A DNA stretch of 64,000 nucleotides from Oligoflexales bacterium (GCA_965226195.1 OZ245333.1:1185205-1249204), one strand, 5' to 3'. Counted from the stretch's first letter, positions 48,389 through 58,050 are shown. The notes: generated from the letters alone by a model not told the origin. Program-made: numbers and translations.

Positions 48389-49372
48389 TCACTCATATAG
48401 TATGGTAGCGTCTTCCTTCATGATGAAATCGCCCCGTTCCATCCAAAGAAGGTCGTAGGGCATCGCAGCGATATCTTCACGCGCTGTGAACACGTGCTTA
48501 TCTCCATCTTGCCGCATGTAGTAGATATCCTTTCGCAAGCGAACTATAACATCACCACTGGTGTATCTTTTAGAAATACGAGCAAGCAAGTAGATATCGT
48601 CGGTGGTGTTTATCTCTGTACGTGAATCAGTCATAGCACCATGCAGATAGGGTAGTATATCCGATGGTGGGATAGGGAACATCACCTGCTTGTTTTGCTG
48701 AGGGTCATGAATAATTTCCACCCCAACGACTTGTGATGCATCAATTTCTACGGAGGGTTGGTCGATAAGCACACCCGCATCAGAGACATCAGAGATAGTA
48801 GCCCAGCCATACTTGCTGCCACTGCCTTCTTTCTCCGTAAAAATGATTGCCAAACCTCTGCGGAGTGATTCAGGGATGATTTTGCCTGTCTCATCGTGAA
48901 GCTTTACTAACTGGTAGTTATCTTCATCATAAATCTTAATCACATCATCACTAATCTTAAGAGAAGAAATACGACCAGGAAACCAAGAAGTACGACCAGA
49001 AAACCAAGAAGTACGAGAAACCCAATTAGAAGGATGATTACCAACCCAATCAGGAAGACCGTCGTATACCCCATGCTGGTTGCTGTCCTTCAGCACAATC
49101 CAAGAGCCGTTGGCAGCAACCATTTCTGGTTGGTTCTCAATAGCTGTATCTACTTTTGCAGGAGCATCGCTTTGCGGTGCATGCTTTGCATTGTCACAAC
49201 TGCCGAGACACAACATGAGAGGTAGACCTACATAAATCAGCCCTTTCTTGAGGGAGGCAACCGCGGCATTATTTCTCCAACCGACCAGTCCACCCTGAGA
49301 TTGTGCCATCCCTGCGCTTAATAAGCCGAGTGCCAACATGCAGATAACTGCTAGTCTTCGCGTACTATTCAT
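48389..49372 (-). CDS. hypothetical secreted protein
   Basis: Signal peptide MNSTRRLAVICMLALGLLSAGMA. Internal RTSWF duplication. Confidence 0.45.
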   Translation of the reverse strand: MNSTRRLAVICMLALGLLSAGMAQSQGGLVGWRNNAAVASLKKGLIYVGLPLMLCLGSCDNAKHAPQSDAPAKVDTAIENQPEMVAANGSWIVLKDSNQHGVYDGLPDWVGNHPSNWVSRTSWFSGRTSWFPGRISSLKISDDVIKIYDEDNYQLVKLHDETGKIIPESLRRGLAIIFTEKEGSGSKYGWATISDVSDAGVLIDQPSVEIDASQVVGVEIIHDPQQNKQVMFPIPPSDILPYLHGAMTDSRTEINTTDDIYLLARISKRYTSGDVIVRLRKDIYYMRQDGDKHVFTAREDIAAMPYDLLWMERGDFIMKEDATILYE

Positions 49373-50191
49373 AATATTACTCCTTATTAAATATAGAAAT
49401 ACATGATCTACAACTACAATACATCTGAGTTATAAATAGTTAGGCATATACTGTCAATACTGCGGGATAATTTTTTTTAGTGCTTTGATTATATTTGGTT
49501 ATTTGTTGTTAGACACTTGGTGGAGGCATCTCTGCTGTGTGGCAAAGATACCTCTATTATACACACCTCAGCGCAAATCCGCTCCATCAAAGCGATCGTT
49601 GCCCAGTGGGTCGATGCGAAAGTTTTTGACCCGTTGGCTCATGGTTATGTCAATGCAGGCAACACTAGTATTATGCTTGTCGTTCACGCCCCCAACGGCG
49701 ACGTGAACTTAACAGAGACTTTGCAGCTTATTGATAATAGGGGCAGGATAACAGCAACATCCGCAGGAGCACCATTGCTTGGTGACATCGCTTGGATCAA
49801 GCACAACACAGGCCTTCTGCGTTGGGTGGTTAGCACAACTGCCCGCAAAGGTACGGGCTGGTAGGGAGGTTAGGGGCTGGTGTCTGGGCAATGATGGCAA
49901 CTAACCCGCTGCCTCAACCTCTCGCGTGGCTTGTGAGAATGCTGTTGGTCATTTCCTACGAACTGCGCCAGTGACATCTTTTGTGTATGTTAGAGACATG
50001 TAGGGTGCTCTCGCCTCCTACTCTCAGGCTTCTATCTGCCTACTATAGGTTAGAGGCGGCAAGGCTTTGTAAGCACTTGATATTACTAGTTGATGGCGAA
50101 GGAGGCTGCAAGCAATCAGAGGAATAGCAGCTATTCTGTCCTGTGCCTGCCACAAGGCAACTTAACAAGGTTGGCCAAGAGGCTGACCGAT

Positions 50192-50421
50192 GGGTTGTCG
50201 TTTCTTCCATAAAGGTTGACTTTTCCCGTATTAGTGGGGGGCAAGTGTTTCTAGCTGCCAGATTTGGGTCAATTGAGACAGCATAATTTGATCAATAGTT
50301 CGCCCCAAAAATCGGGTCATCGTAGCGAGGAAAGCATCTAGCCGACGGAGGTTGTCGAATAGTTGTCAAAAGATTGCCTAAAGATTTCCAAGAGGTTGTC
50401 ATTTATTACTCGGAGGTTGTC
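50192..50421 (+). promoter_or_regulatory. iteron-like array of GGTTGTC / AGTTGTC repeats upstream of the replication-relaxation gene
   Basis: Copies at 50192-50199, 50347-50356, 50360-50367, 50391-50400 and 50412-50421, all in the same orientation. Confidence 0.45.
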
Positions 50422-50476
50422 TTTTTCTGCTCTGTAGTGAGGGGGAATTTTTTCAATTTCATCATGGAGGTATAGC

Positions 50477-51346
50477 GTGACAGTTGCTTTTTCGGTCGAG
50501 GAACGGGGCAGAAGCCCAAGCTGGCGGGCGAGTGATTACTTTGTCAGTGGCATGACGCTGACGGTGGTTATCTTGGGCGAAAGGGACTTCAATATAATGC
50601 GCTTGTTGTTTGAAAACAAGATCGTCAGCAGAGAGCAGATAGGCAGTCGCTTCTTCCCCAGCGTCTCTAAAGACACGGTGAACAGGCGATTGCGCAAGAT
50701 TGCAGGGCTAGGCTTGATCAAGAGAACGACCACAGCAGTAGGATGTAAGGTGATTTGGGGCTACTCGCTAACGCCAAGAGGCCTTGCTAAGATTACACCG
50801 ACGACGCCGTATGAGGTAAAAACCAAAGCGACAAGAAGTGAATGCCCTCTGCATGATATAGCCTTGAATGACATCCGCAAGGCATTTGAAGCCAGGGCAT
50901 CCGTGCAAGGCTACTATACCGAGAATGTTCTGCAGACCCGCATAGACTTCAAAGATGACAAATGGTTTCAGCCATTCATTGAGCTAAACAGTGATGCAAT
51001 GGCGGAAGTCGATTCAAAAGTTGGGACGTTGTATTTGTCCATTCGCTTCGCTCATGGCAAAGCTTTTTGCCGCTTTCTAGCTCCCGAATTCGACCTGACG
51101 CACAAGAGCCATCGCCGTTATCGGCGCAAGCTTAATGCTTACTATGGTCAGCGCAAGATTGACGGAGTGCTCTACATCTGTGCGGACGAATACATCTTGC
51201 GCACGCTGCGCAAGCTTGACCGCGAAGCCGCCGAACGCCATCACAGCGAACATAAATTGTATCAGGCTATGCTCGTCGATGTCACTGATGTAGAGGGAGA
51301 AATGGCATTTACCAATGCGAACAGGAACATCTTCTGTGTGCACTAG
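50477..51346 (+). CDS. replication-relaxation family protein
   Basis: RDFNIMRLLFENKIVSREQIGSRFFPSVSKDTVNRRLRKIAGLGLIKR. The start codon is uncertain. Contains an in-frame dispersed-repeat copy. Confidence 0.55.
   Translation: MTVAFSVEERGRSPSWRASDYFVSGMTLTVVILGERDFNIMRLLFENKIVSREQIGSRFFPSVSKDTVNRRLRKIAGLGLIKRTTTAVGCKVIWGYSLTPRGLAKITPTTPYEVKTKATRSECPLHDIALNDIRKAFEARASVQGYYTENVLQTRIDFKDDKWFQPFIELNSDAMAEVDSKVGTLYLSIRFAHGKAFCRFLAPEFDLTHKSHRRYRRKLNAYYGQRKIDGVLYICADEYILRTLRKLDREAAERHHSEHKLYQAMLVDVTDVEGEMAFTNANRNIFCVH
51063..51084. repeat. dispersed repeat copy inside the replication-relaxation gene
   Basis: CTTTTTGCCGCTTTCTAGCTCC, read as AFCRFLAP. Confidence 0.8.
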
Positions 51347-51541
51347 GAACATGCAGGGTGCTCTTTTCTCCTGATGTCGAGATGATGTCGGGGTAGGCAG
51401 GCAAAAAAGGGTAAATTATTGATATTACGTTATTTTTAGCGATGATATTTTTCTCGATCAGAGAGGATGCCGCTGTTAGCATTATTTACACCTAATAGGA
51501 GGAATTTTGATGCAAACTGACCACGTAGCCAACAAAGAGAT

Positions 51542-51829
51542 GTGGTGAGGGGGATAGATGATGTTGGGAAGTTTAAGCACTGCACTAGGTGTAACCATGA
51601 GCTATCGCGGCAGGCCTTTTATGCTAAAGGTAGCCGCCTAGACAGTGTGGGTAAGGAGTGCAAGAAGGCAACGGCTAGGATTAACTACCGTGCCAACAAG
51701 GACAGAGACAGCTTCAACAACTTGCTGAAGTTTGTTCGCCTGATGTGCGAGATTGAAGCTGACAGGATCGACAGGATGTGTGATAACCTTGACAAAATTA
51801 TTAGGAGACACGATGCCAACTGCAAATAA
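51542..51829 (+). CDS. small hypothetical protein with a CxxC motif
   Basis: HCTRCNHEL. Sits immediately upstream of, and overlaps, the recombinase start. Confidence 0.3.
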   Translation: MVRGIDDVGKFKHCTRCNHELSRQAFYAKGSRLDSVGKECKKATARINYRANKDRDSFNNLLKFVRLMCEIEADRIDRMCDNLDKIIRRHDANCK

Positions 51830-53528
51830 CCTGCTTAACAAGCTCCCTGACAAGGAGAAGGAGAAGATCGCTAACACCCTGCTTGACGATGTGCGCAAAC
51901 GCTTCGGCAGCAAACGCTTGGGTCTCGCACCCAACGACACACCCACCAACTTCGCGGTAGATTTTTGGCGGGTGTCGTCCATTGATCAGCGTGATGGCTA
52001 TTCATTGGAGGCGCAAGAGAGCAAGGCAGCAGAGTATAAGAAGGCCGCAGGACTGAAGAGTGTCAAGTCGTGGGCAGTGAGCGAATCGGCCTCGAAGGAA
52101 TTCGACCGCAAGAAATTTTTTGAGATGATCAGCTTCGTGGTTGAGCATAGCATCAAGAACGTGGTCTTCGACAGAATAGATCGTGCCTGTCGAGGATTGC
52201 GGGCGGCAGTGCTAATTGAAGACCTGATCGAGGCAGGCGTTAGGTTTCACTTCGTGCGGGATAATCTCGTTGTGGACAAGCATTCATCGCCGAGCGAGAA
52301 ACTACGCTTTTATTTGGGTGTGGTGCTGGCCAAGTGGTATATCGATAACCTCAAGACCGAAGTCAAGAAAGGACTGAATACGAGGCTTGCAGAAGGCTAT
52401 TTCAATTCCAAAGCCCCTGTCGGCTATGTCAACGTCCGTCCCAAGTTCGGCAAGGCCAACCTTATAGTGCATGCGGGGGTGGGTGAATTCATCGCTGAAT
52501 GCTTTGAGCTATACAAGACAGGTAATTATTCTCGCAAAGACCTTGAGAAGATTGGCCTTGAGAAAGTTATTCGCTGGCAGGATAAGCGGCGAGTTTCTGA
52601 TGAGAACGGTAACAGCAGGGCTATTACTGTAGAGAAACATGTCACCCACAAGATGCTCGAATACGTCTTGGTTAATCCCGCCTACTGCCAGTGCAGGCGG
52701 GTTGATGGCAAGGTAGTGAAGGTAGAGAACGCCAAGTGGCCAGCCCTTATCTCCTACGAAACTTTTATGGCTTGCCAGAAAATAAAGGGCATTCGGGCAG
52801 CACAAAAACAGCTCAATACCGCGGTCAATATCCCCAAGCCGCTGATGCAGCTGATGAGGTGCAAAGAATGTGGCCATGTCGTGACAGGCGAGATAGAGAG
52901 GAAGGCTTCGGGTAAAACTTATGTTTATTACCACTGCGCCAACCATCGCCATTGCTCACAACGACGTATCAATACAGAGCAGAGGGAGTTGTTGAGGCAG
53001 TTTGCTGCAGCTTTTGAACCGTTCGCAAGGTTCACACCTGAAACTACCGCTGCCTTCGTGAACACGATTAGAGAGCGAGCAAAAGACATCAGCCTTTATT
53101 CGGTGCAGGAGGTTGAGGACTTGCAACGTCAGGGGGCTCTGTCCACAGCAGAGCTGAATAGTATCGAGGAGATGAACAAGCAGGAGATAGAAGCGGCTGA
53201 AGTTGAAATCGGTATGCATCTCAAGGCCGACATGCGGACGGTAGAGGTTGGCTTGAACATCATCGAACTGTTGCGCAAATCCCGTGACTTCACGCGTTTG
53301 GAGGGGTTTGAACTGAAAAAAGCACAGCTGCTCAAAAGCATGTTATCGAACCCAACGCTGAAAGATGGAACTGTTAAGTTTAATTACAGAAAGCCGTTCG
53401 ATGATCTCTTGATTTTGACAGAGGGTCGGAATTGGTCGGGGCGACTGGGATCGAACCAGCGACCTCATGCTACGCCGCTTTTGCTTCGCGGGCTCTTTGC
53501 CGCTTTCTCGCTCCAGCTCGCTTTTTAG
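51813..53528 (+). CDS. large serine recombinase
   Basis: ATG 51813 after AGGAGA. Catalytic FWRVSSIDQRDGYSLEAQ. Recombinase domain and zinc ribbon CKECGH...YYHCANHRHC. The last 30 or so codons run through a tRNA fragment and a dispersed repeat. Confidence 0.85.
   Translation: MPTANNLLNKLPDKEKEKIANTLLDDVRKRFGSKRLGLAPNDTPTNFAVDFWRVSSIDQRDGYSLEAQESKAAEYKKAAGLKSVKSWAVSESASKEFDRKKFFEMISFVVEHSIKNVVFDRIDRACRGLRAAVLIEDLIEAGVRFHFVRDNLVVDKHSSPSEKLRFYLGVVLAKWYIDNLKTEVKKGLNTRLAEGYFNSKAPVGYVNVRPKFGKANLIVHAGVGEFIAECFELYKTGNYSRKDLEKIGLEKVIRWQDKRRVSDENGNSRAITVEKHVTHKMLEYVLVNPAYCQCRRVDGKVVKVENAKWPALISYETFMACQKIKGIRAAQKQLNTAVNIPKPLMQLMRCKECGHVVTGEIERKASGKTYVYYHCANHRHCSQRRINTEQRELLRQFAAAFEPFARFTPETTAAFVNTIRERAKDISLYSVQEVEDLQRQGALSTAELNSIEEMNKQEIEAAEVEIGMHLKADMRTVEVGLNIIELLRKSRDFTRLEGFELKKAQLLKSMLSNPTLKDGTVKFNYRKPFDDLLILTEGRNWSGRLGSNQRPHATPLLLRGLFAAFSLQLAF
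53433..53471 (-). other. att-like duplicate of the 3' half of tRNA-Pro (with CCA)
   Basis: 36 nt (53436-53471) are identical to 53618-53653, preceded by TGG (the complement of CCA). Confidence 0.85.
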
Positions 53529-53835
53529 CTCGCTTCATGCGCTCAAGCACAGCCTCACCTAGCGGCAAATATAGGTGCTGCTAACCAGCCAACTGCGCAT
53601 TAGCAGAGTAAAGGAAATCGGGGCGACTGGGATCGAACCAGCGACCTCATGCTCCCAAAGCATGCACGCTACCAACTGCGCTACGCCCCGTGTTTATGTG
53701 CTACTAACTGCGCTATACCTCGAACCAGCGACCTCGTGCTATGCCGCTTTTGCTTCGCAGGCTCTTTGCCGCTTTCTCGCTCCAGCTCGCTTCATGCGCT
53801 CAAGCACAGCCCTACCTAGTGGCAAATATAGGTGC
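53452..53835. repeat. two copies of a 115-127-bp unit (53452-53578 and 53721-53835) flanking tRNA-Pro
   Basis: Each unit runs: tRNA T-arm fragment, then a dispersed-repeat copy (53493-53514 and 53762-53783), then GCTTCATGCGCTCAAGCACAGCC...GGCAAATATAGGTGC. The first copy has a 12-nt extra segment. Confidence 0.8.
53618..53690 (-). tRNA. tRNA-Pro (anticodon UGG)
   Basis: Cloverleaf drawn by hand: CGGGGCG-TA-GCGC-AGTTGGTA-GCGT-G-CATGC-TTTGGGA-GCATG-AGGTC-GCTGG-TTCGATC-CCAGT-CGCCCCG-A. CCA is not encoded. Confidence 0.9.
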
Positions 53836-53988
53836 GGCAAACAAGCAGATTATCTGTGCTACACCCAGTTGCTTGGGTGGCATACTAGCAGGCTGGAAGC
53901 ATAAAAAAAATAAAAATGTTGACCATGCTTGACTGGCTGGTTATATCAGCTTTCTATACTCACAGATTACGTGCAGAGGAGGATTATT

Positions 53989-55734
53989 GTGCGCTTGTGT
54001 GTTGTCGTAGCAGCTTTGCTGTGCGGTGATGTCGGACGAAGTAACGCGTTGCAGCAACGGCTTGCTGCGGAGGTAGTGGCTCATACTAGCAGCATGCTTG
54101 TCGTTCCGCCACAATTGTTGCTGTATTTGAGTGGGAAAAGTCCAAGTAAGTCAGCCTCTGTTCTGCAACGGCTGCACCGCGAACAGGAGCAGCAACTGTG
54201 GGCACGGGTGTCTGTTGATACAGATGGGGTGTTCGCGCATCAGTTGCGAGAGCTTTTACAACAGGCGTTACGGAAAACGCAAGCCGAGCTGGTCGCTGAT
54301 TTCAACAACATGTTGCAGCAAAATGTCTGGGAAGGGATGAGTCTATTCTCCTTCACCTACGGCCTTGGCGGTGACGTGCAGTTTTTTCTCGATTCACAAT
54401 ATGGCACACACACGCTGCTAAGTAACGCCCGCTTTGGTAGTATCGGTGGTTTCAGCGTCATTGCTCCGCAGCAGCAGCATGTTTTTGATTTTAGCACAGT
54501 GGCGGCGGTGGATATTGAGCAAGATTTTTTCGCCTTGCAATCGCTGCCACCACCAGTTTTCACCCCGCGCCATTACGTTTTTCACGGCGAGCAATACGTC
54601 TATGTTCTGAACCGAGAAACACTGGCACTGGAGTATGTGGGTCATTCGGATACCGAAATCGACGACAAACTGTCGTTTGCCAACAGGGTGCATAAAATCG
54701 ACTTGGTTAACGAAGCTCTGCTCTCTGTGCGCTACCGCAATGCAAGTGGTGGGGAATTCGTGCAACTGATTGATCTCGACAACCTCACTACCACCAACGC
54801 AAGGGAGGTTGATGGCAAACTTCTTGCTGTCGCACCGCAGGGCAATAGGCTGGCAGTGCAAAACAATCGCTATCTGGAGATTATCGACCTCGACAGTGGC
54901 AGTAAGCACGTTTTTCCCAGTCGTGCGACCAGCGTGAGTTTTTCTGCTGATGGCGAACGGCTGGCCTACATCGATGGTGACACACTAAGCCTCGTTAACC
55001 TTGCAGTATCTACGATACAGATACCACAGCGCATCGCCTTGGCACCCGAACAGACGTTGGTAAGTGCCGAGCCACCCGCCAACGAACTGTTGTGGGATGG
55101 CGATGACCTCTATGTCATGCATCGAGATGCCCTTTTACGTGTGAGCAGCACAGGTGAAATCGCATGGCAACAGGGGTTGCCTGAAAACATGCATGCGCTG
55201 CAACTCATTGACACACAGCACCTAGCACTGTTCTCGGAACAGGAAGTGCTGCTCTTCGCTAAAGAAGATGGCACACGTAGGGTGCAACTCGCGGCTGATA
55301 AAAAACAGCGTATTGCTGACCAGGCTTTTACTGACCGCTATCTCTCGTTACTGCTCGAAGACCGCTTGCATTTCGGCGCATTCGGTCTCACACTGGCACG
55401 CATTCCGCTTGCACAGCTGCTACAATTGCTTGAAGCGTCACCGCTATTGCAGAAGATCGCTACGACGGAAAAATTCACCTTGAAACGAGATCGCTCCCGC
55501 TTTGCTGATTTGGTGCTCAGTGCGGTCGAGCAGCACCTGCAGCAAAACCAAGTTGCAATTGCACAGTTGGTGCAACTGTTACGGGAACTGTATCAAGCCT
55601 ACCATCTCGTTTCTGGCTCGCACTATGCCTTCGCCAACATTTCTGACGTGCTGGTGCGACACGAAGAGGAGGTCGCCCAACTGACAGCCGACGATCCTGC
55701 GTTGGCAGAGTTGTTGCGCACAAGTTTTTTCTGA
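53989..55734 (+). CDS. hypothetical secreted protein, possibly beta-propeller-like
   Basis: GTG 53989 after GAGGAGGA. Signal-like VRLCVVVAALLCG. Repetitive strand-like segments. Confidence 0.45.
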   Translation: MRLCVVVAALLCGDVGRSNALQQRLAAEVVAHTSSMLVVPPQLLLYLSGKSPSKSASVLQRLHREQEQQLWARVSVDTDGVFAHQLRELLQQALRKTQAELVADFNNMLQQNVWEGMSLFSFTYGLGGDVQFFLDSQYGTHTLLSNARFGSIGGFSVIAPQQQHVFDFSTVAAVDIEQDFFALQSLPPPVFTPRHYVFHGEQYVYVLNRETLALEYVGHSDTEIDDKLSFANRVHKIDLVNEALLSVRYRNASGGEFVQLIDLDNLTTTNAREVDGKLLAVAPQGNRLAVQNNRYLEIIDLDSGSKHVFPSRATSVSFSADGERLAYIDGDTLSLVNLAVSTIQIPQRIALAPEQTLVSAEPPANELLWDGDDLYVMHRDALLRVSSTGEIAWQQGLPENMHALQLIDTQHLALFSEQEVLLFAKEDGTRRVQLAADKKQRIADQAFTDRYLSLLLEDRLHFGAFGLTLARIPLAQLLQLLEASPLLQKIATTEKFTLKRDRSRFADLVLSAVEQHLQQNQVAIAQLVQLLRELYQAYHLVSGSHYAFANISDVLVRHEEEVAQLTADDPALAELLRTSFF

Positions 55735-55763
55735 AACCACCTGTTTCCTGTGCTAGAACATTG

Positions 55764-56999
55764 ATGATACATGGAGCGGTGGTGAAGGACACAGATGTAA
55801 AAGAATCGTCCCAAGCTCTACGTGGCGTGACACTCGATTGGGTCGTGAGTGGTTCGATTGCTGCAGTGGAGGTAGTCAAGGCAATCAGGGCAGTGCGTCG
55901 TCTCGGTGCGCAAGTGCGGGTGACGATGACACGGGAGGCACAGCGTTTTATCACCCCGACAGCTTGTGCGTGGGCGAGTGGCAGGGAAGTCAGCACTGAC
56001 TGGAGTCCGCTGGCTGACCATATCGGCGAGGGCGATGCACTGGTTATTGCACCGTGCTCGGCTTCGCTGCTGGCCAAAATCGCCGCAGCGATTTGCGATG
56101 CACCTGCACTGTCGTTGGCGGCATCATATCTCGGTCAAGGCAAGCCGTTGATCGTTCATCCCTGCATGCATCAGACGCTGGCTGCCAATCCCTTCCTGCA
56201 AGATGTCTATCAGCGAGTGACAGAGCAGCTATCTGTGATTGTCTCACTTAAAGAAGAGGGCAAGGATAAATTTCTCCCGCCGCAGCAGTTGGCGGATGAG
56301 ATTGCCCACCGCTATAACGGTGGAGGCAAGAGAGGTGCTGCCATCATCGTCAGCGGTCGCACCGTCGCATCAATCGATGCAGTGCGGGGCATTACTAATT
56401 TTTCCAGCGGCGAGATGGGCATGCTGCTCGTGGCCGAACTGTATCGGCAGGGCTTTGCTGCGCACGTCGTCAGTGGTTTGAGCGAATACCACCCGGCGGC
56501 TTGCAGCAGTCTGGTCAAGGTCAATACGCCAGCCGAGATGGGCGAGCAGGCACAGTGTTTGCTACAAGCGCATCCTGATGCCGCGCTGGTGATGGTTGCT
56601 GCAGTGCTGGATTTCGTTCCCGCAACGGCTGTGGACGGCAAAATTTCCTCGCAACAGCATGAACTGAACGTGCGTCTCGTGCCAGTGCCGAAGCTCATTC
56701 AAACCCTGAAAGCACGCTCGCAGGTGAAGGTAGTCTTCAAGTTGCCCTCTAATTTCGACCCCGAACAGGATGTGGAGAAGACAATCGGAGCATATTTCGA
56801 CCCACAAAAAAAAACACAGGCCAGCTTGTTGGTTGTCAACCCATGGCAGGCGATGTCGAGGGGTGATTACCACGCGTATCTATTTTCTCCAGATTTTTCA
56901 TATACTTATGCGCACAGCAAGCAGGATACGGCACGCCTCATCAGCCAACACATCGCCGCGAAATTGGGGGGTAAAAAAAATAAACTGCACGAAATGTAA
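55764..56999 (+). CDS. coaBC: bifunctional phosphopantothenoylcysteine decarboxylase / phosphopantothenate-cysteine ligase
   Basis: Flavoprotein block VVSGSIAAVEVVKAIRAVRRLGAQVRVTMT. DFP block ITNFSSGEMGMLLVAELYRQGFAAHVVSG. Confidence 0.85.
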   Translation: MIHGAVVKDTDVKESSQALRGVTLDWVVSGSIAAVEVVKAIRAVRRLGAQVRVTMTREAQRFITPTACAWASGREVSTDWSPLADHIGEGDALVIAPCSASLLAKIAAAICDAPALSLAASYLGQGKPLIVHPCMHQTLAANPFLQDVYQRVTEQLSVIVSLKEEGKDKFLPPQQLADEIAHRYNGGGKRGAAIIVSGRTVASIDAVRGITNFSSGEMGMLLVAELYRQGFAAHVVSGLSEYHPAACSSLVKVNTPAEMGEQAQCLLQAHPDAALVMVAAVLDFVPATAVDGKISSQQHELNVRLVPVPKLIQTLKARSQVKVVFKLPSNFDPEQDVEKTIGAYFDPQKKTQASLLVVNPWQAMSRGDYHAYLFSPDFSYTYAHSKQDTARLISQHIAAKLGGKKNKLHEM

Positions 57000-57072
57000 T
57001 TTTATGGTATGCTTATCTTCAGAATTTGGTTACAAGAAACAATCGCTAATTTTCGGATGAGTAAGATCTGAC

Positions 57073-57375
57073 ATGAACAAGAAACTTTTTATCGGCGGAT
57101 TGAGCTGGAACACCAGCGAGGAGAGGTTGCGGGAAGCTTTCGAGCAGTTCGGTGACCTCGAAGACATCAGGATTATCACAGATCGTGAAACGGGTCGTTC
57201 CAGAGGCTTTGGGTTTGTGACCTTCGTAGAGGAAGAACCGGCACAGAAGGCTGTTGCTGAAATGGACGGTTCGAGTCTCGATGGGCGCAACATCAAGGTA
57301 AACGAAGCAGAAGAAAAGCCTCGTCGTTCCAACCATCAGCGCAGCCCTAGGAGCACCGGCTCTCAGTACCGCTGA
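57073..57375 (+). CDS. RRM-type RNA-binding protein
   Basis: RNP2 LFIGGL and RNP1 RGFGFVTF. Confidence 0.9.
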   Translation: MNKKLFIGGLSWNTSEERLREAFEQFGDLEDIRIITDRETGRSRGFGFVTFVEEEPAQKAVAEMDGSSLDGRNIKVNEAEEKPRRSNHQRSPRSTGSQYR

Positions 57376-57406
57376 GAACACTTTCACCGACATAGCTTGA
57401 GTGAAG

Positions 57407-57437
57407 CAGCCAGACTTGCCTTGTTGCAGTCTGGCTG
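57407..57437. terminator. hairpin between convergent genes (10-bp stem CAGCCAGACT/AGTCTGGCTG, 11-nt loop)
   Basis: Perfect inverted repeat lying between the stops of 57073-57375 (+) and 57472-58050 (-). Confidence 0.5.
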
Positions 57438-57471
57438 GTGTTCAGTGGTGTGCGTTTCTATGCAGCTATGC

Positions 57472-58050
57472 CTACAGCTTGAGTGCGATATGGCATTCTG
57501 TACGTGAACGGTAGGGGAAGGGATTCCTGCAACCACTCAGTGCTTCTTCGACGCAGTCGCCTTGATCGGGATCGTAGAAGGCACCGCGGAAGTATGCCTG
57601 ACACGAACGCGGCGTATGCTTGAAGGCATCACGCGTCGTTTGGGTCTGTGTTGTGCATTGCTCGCGAGCAAAACGGTAGGAGGCTGTGCCCTCAGGCAAC
57701 AGCGGTGATGCAATGCTGATTTCTAGCTGTGCATCGTTATCGTAGAGGTTGCTGTGCAGAGTGCTGTGTGCATGTGCTGAGCGGGGATTGTGCTGAGCGG
57801 CGTTGCATTGCCATGCCTTGCCTTCGGCTCCGCGCACCGTGCAGGTGAGACGCAGTGCCAGCCATGTCTGCTGCGGCTGGCGGCCACGCGCTTGTGTGTG
57901 TAGTGAGACATCGTGTAAACCGAGTGCGTTTGGGGTGATGGCGAGTTGCTGTTGCGTGCCCTTGTTCGTATGCGTGCAGCTGAGCTGCGGGGCGGAGGCG
58001 AACAGAGTGGCAGGCAGGATCAGGGCGAAAAGCAACGAGAACAAAGACAT
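57472..58050 (-). CDS. secreted Cys-containing protein with a Kunitz/BPTI-like C-terminal cysteine spacing
   Basis: Signal MSLFSLLFALILPATLFASA. C-terminus reads CQAYFRGAFYDPDQGDCVEEALSGCRNPFPYRSRTEC. Confidence 0.5.
   Translation of the reverse strand: MSLFSLLFALILPATLFASAPQLSCTHTNKGTQQQLAITPNALGLHDVSLHTQARGRQPQQTWLALRLTCTVRGAEGKAWQCNAAQHNPRSAHAHSTLHSNLYDNDAQLEISIASPLLPEGTASYRFAREQCTTQTQTTRDAFKHTPRSCQAYFRGAFYDPDQGDCVEEALSGCRNPFPYRSRTECHIALKL

Noticed and set aside
38377-53528. Prophage
   Set aside because: No terminase, portal, capsid or tail genes. The content fits an integrative, mobilisable or defence island (recombinase, Replic_Relax, R-M-like, RhuM, AbiEi remnant).
53433-53610. An intron-containing second tRNA-Pro (3' half at 53433-53471, D-arm-like sequence at about 53578-53603)
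   Set aside because: The putative 5' half does not form an acceptor or D stem complementary to the 3' half, and the intervening 110 nt is a dispersed-repeat-bearing unit also found at 53721-53835. An att-type duplication explains it better.
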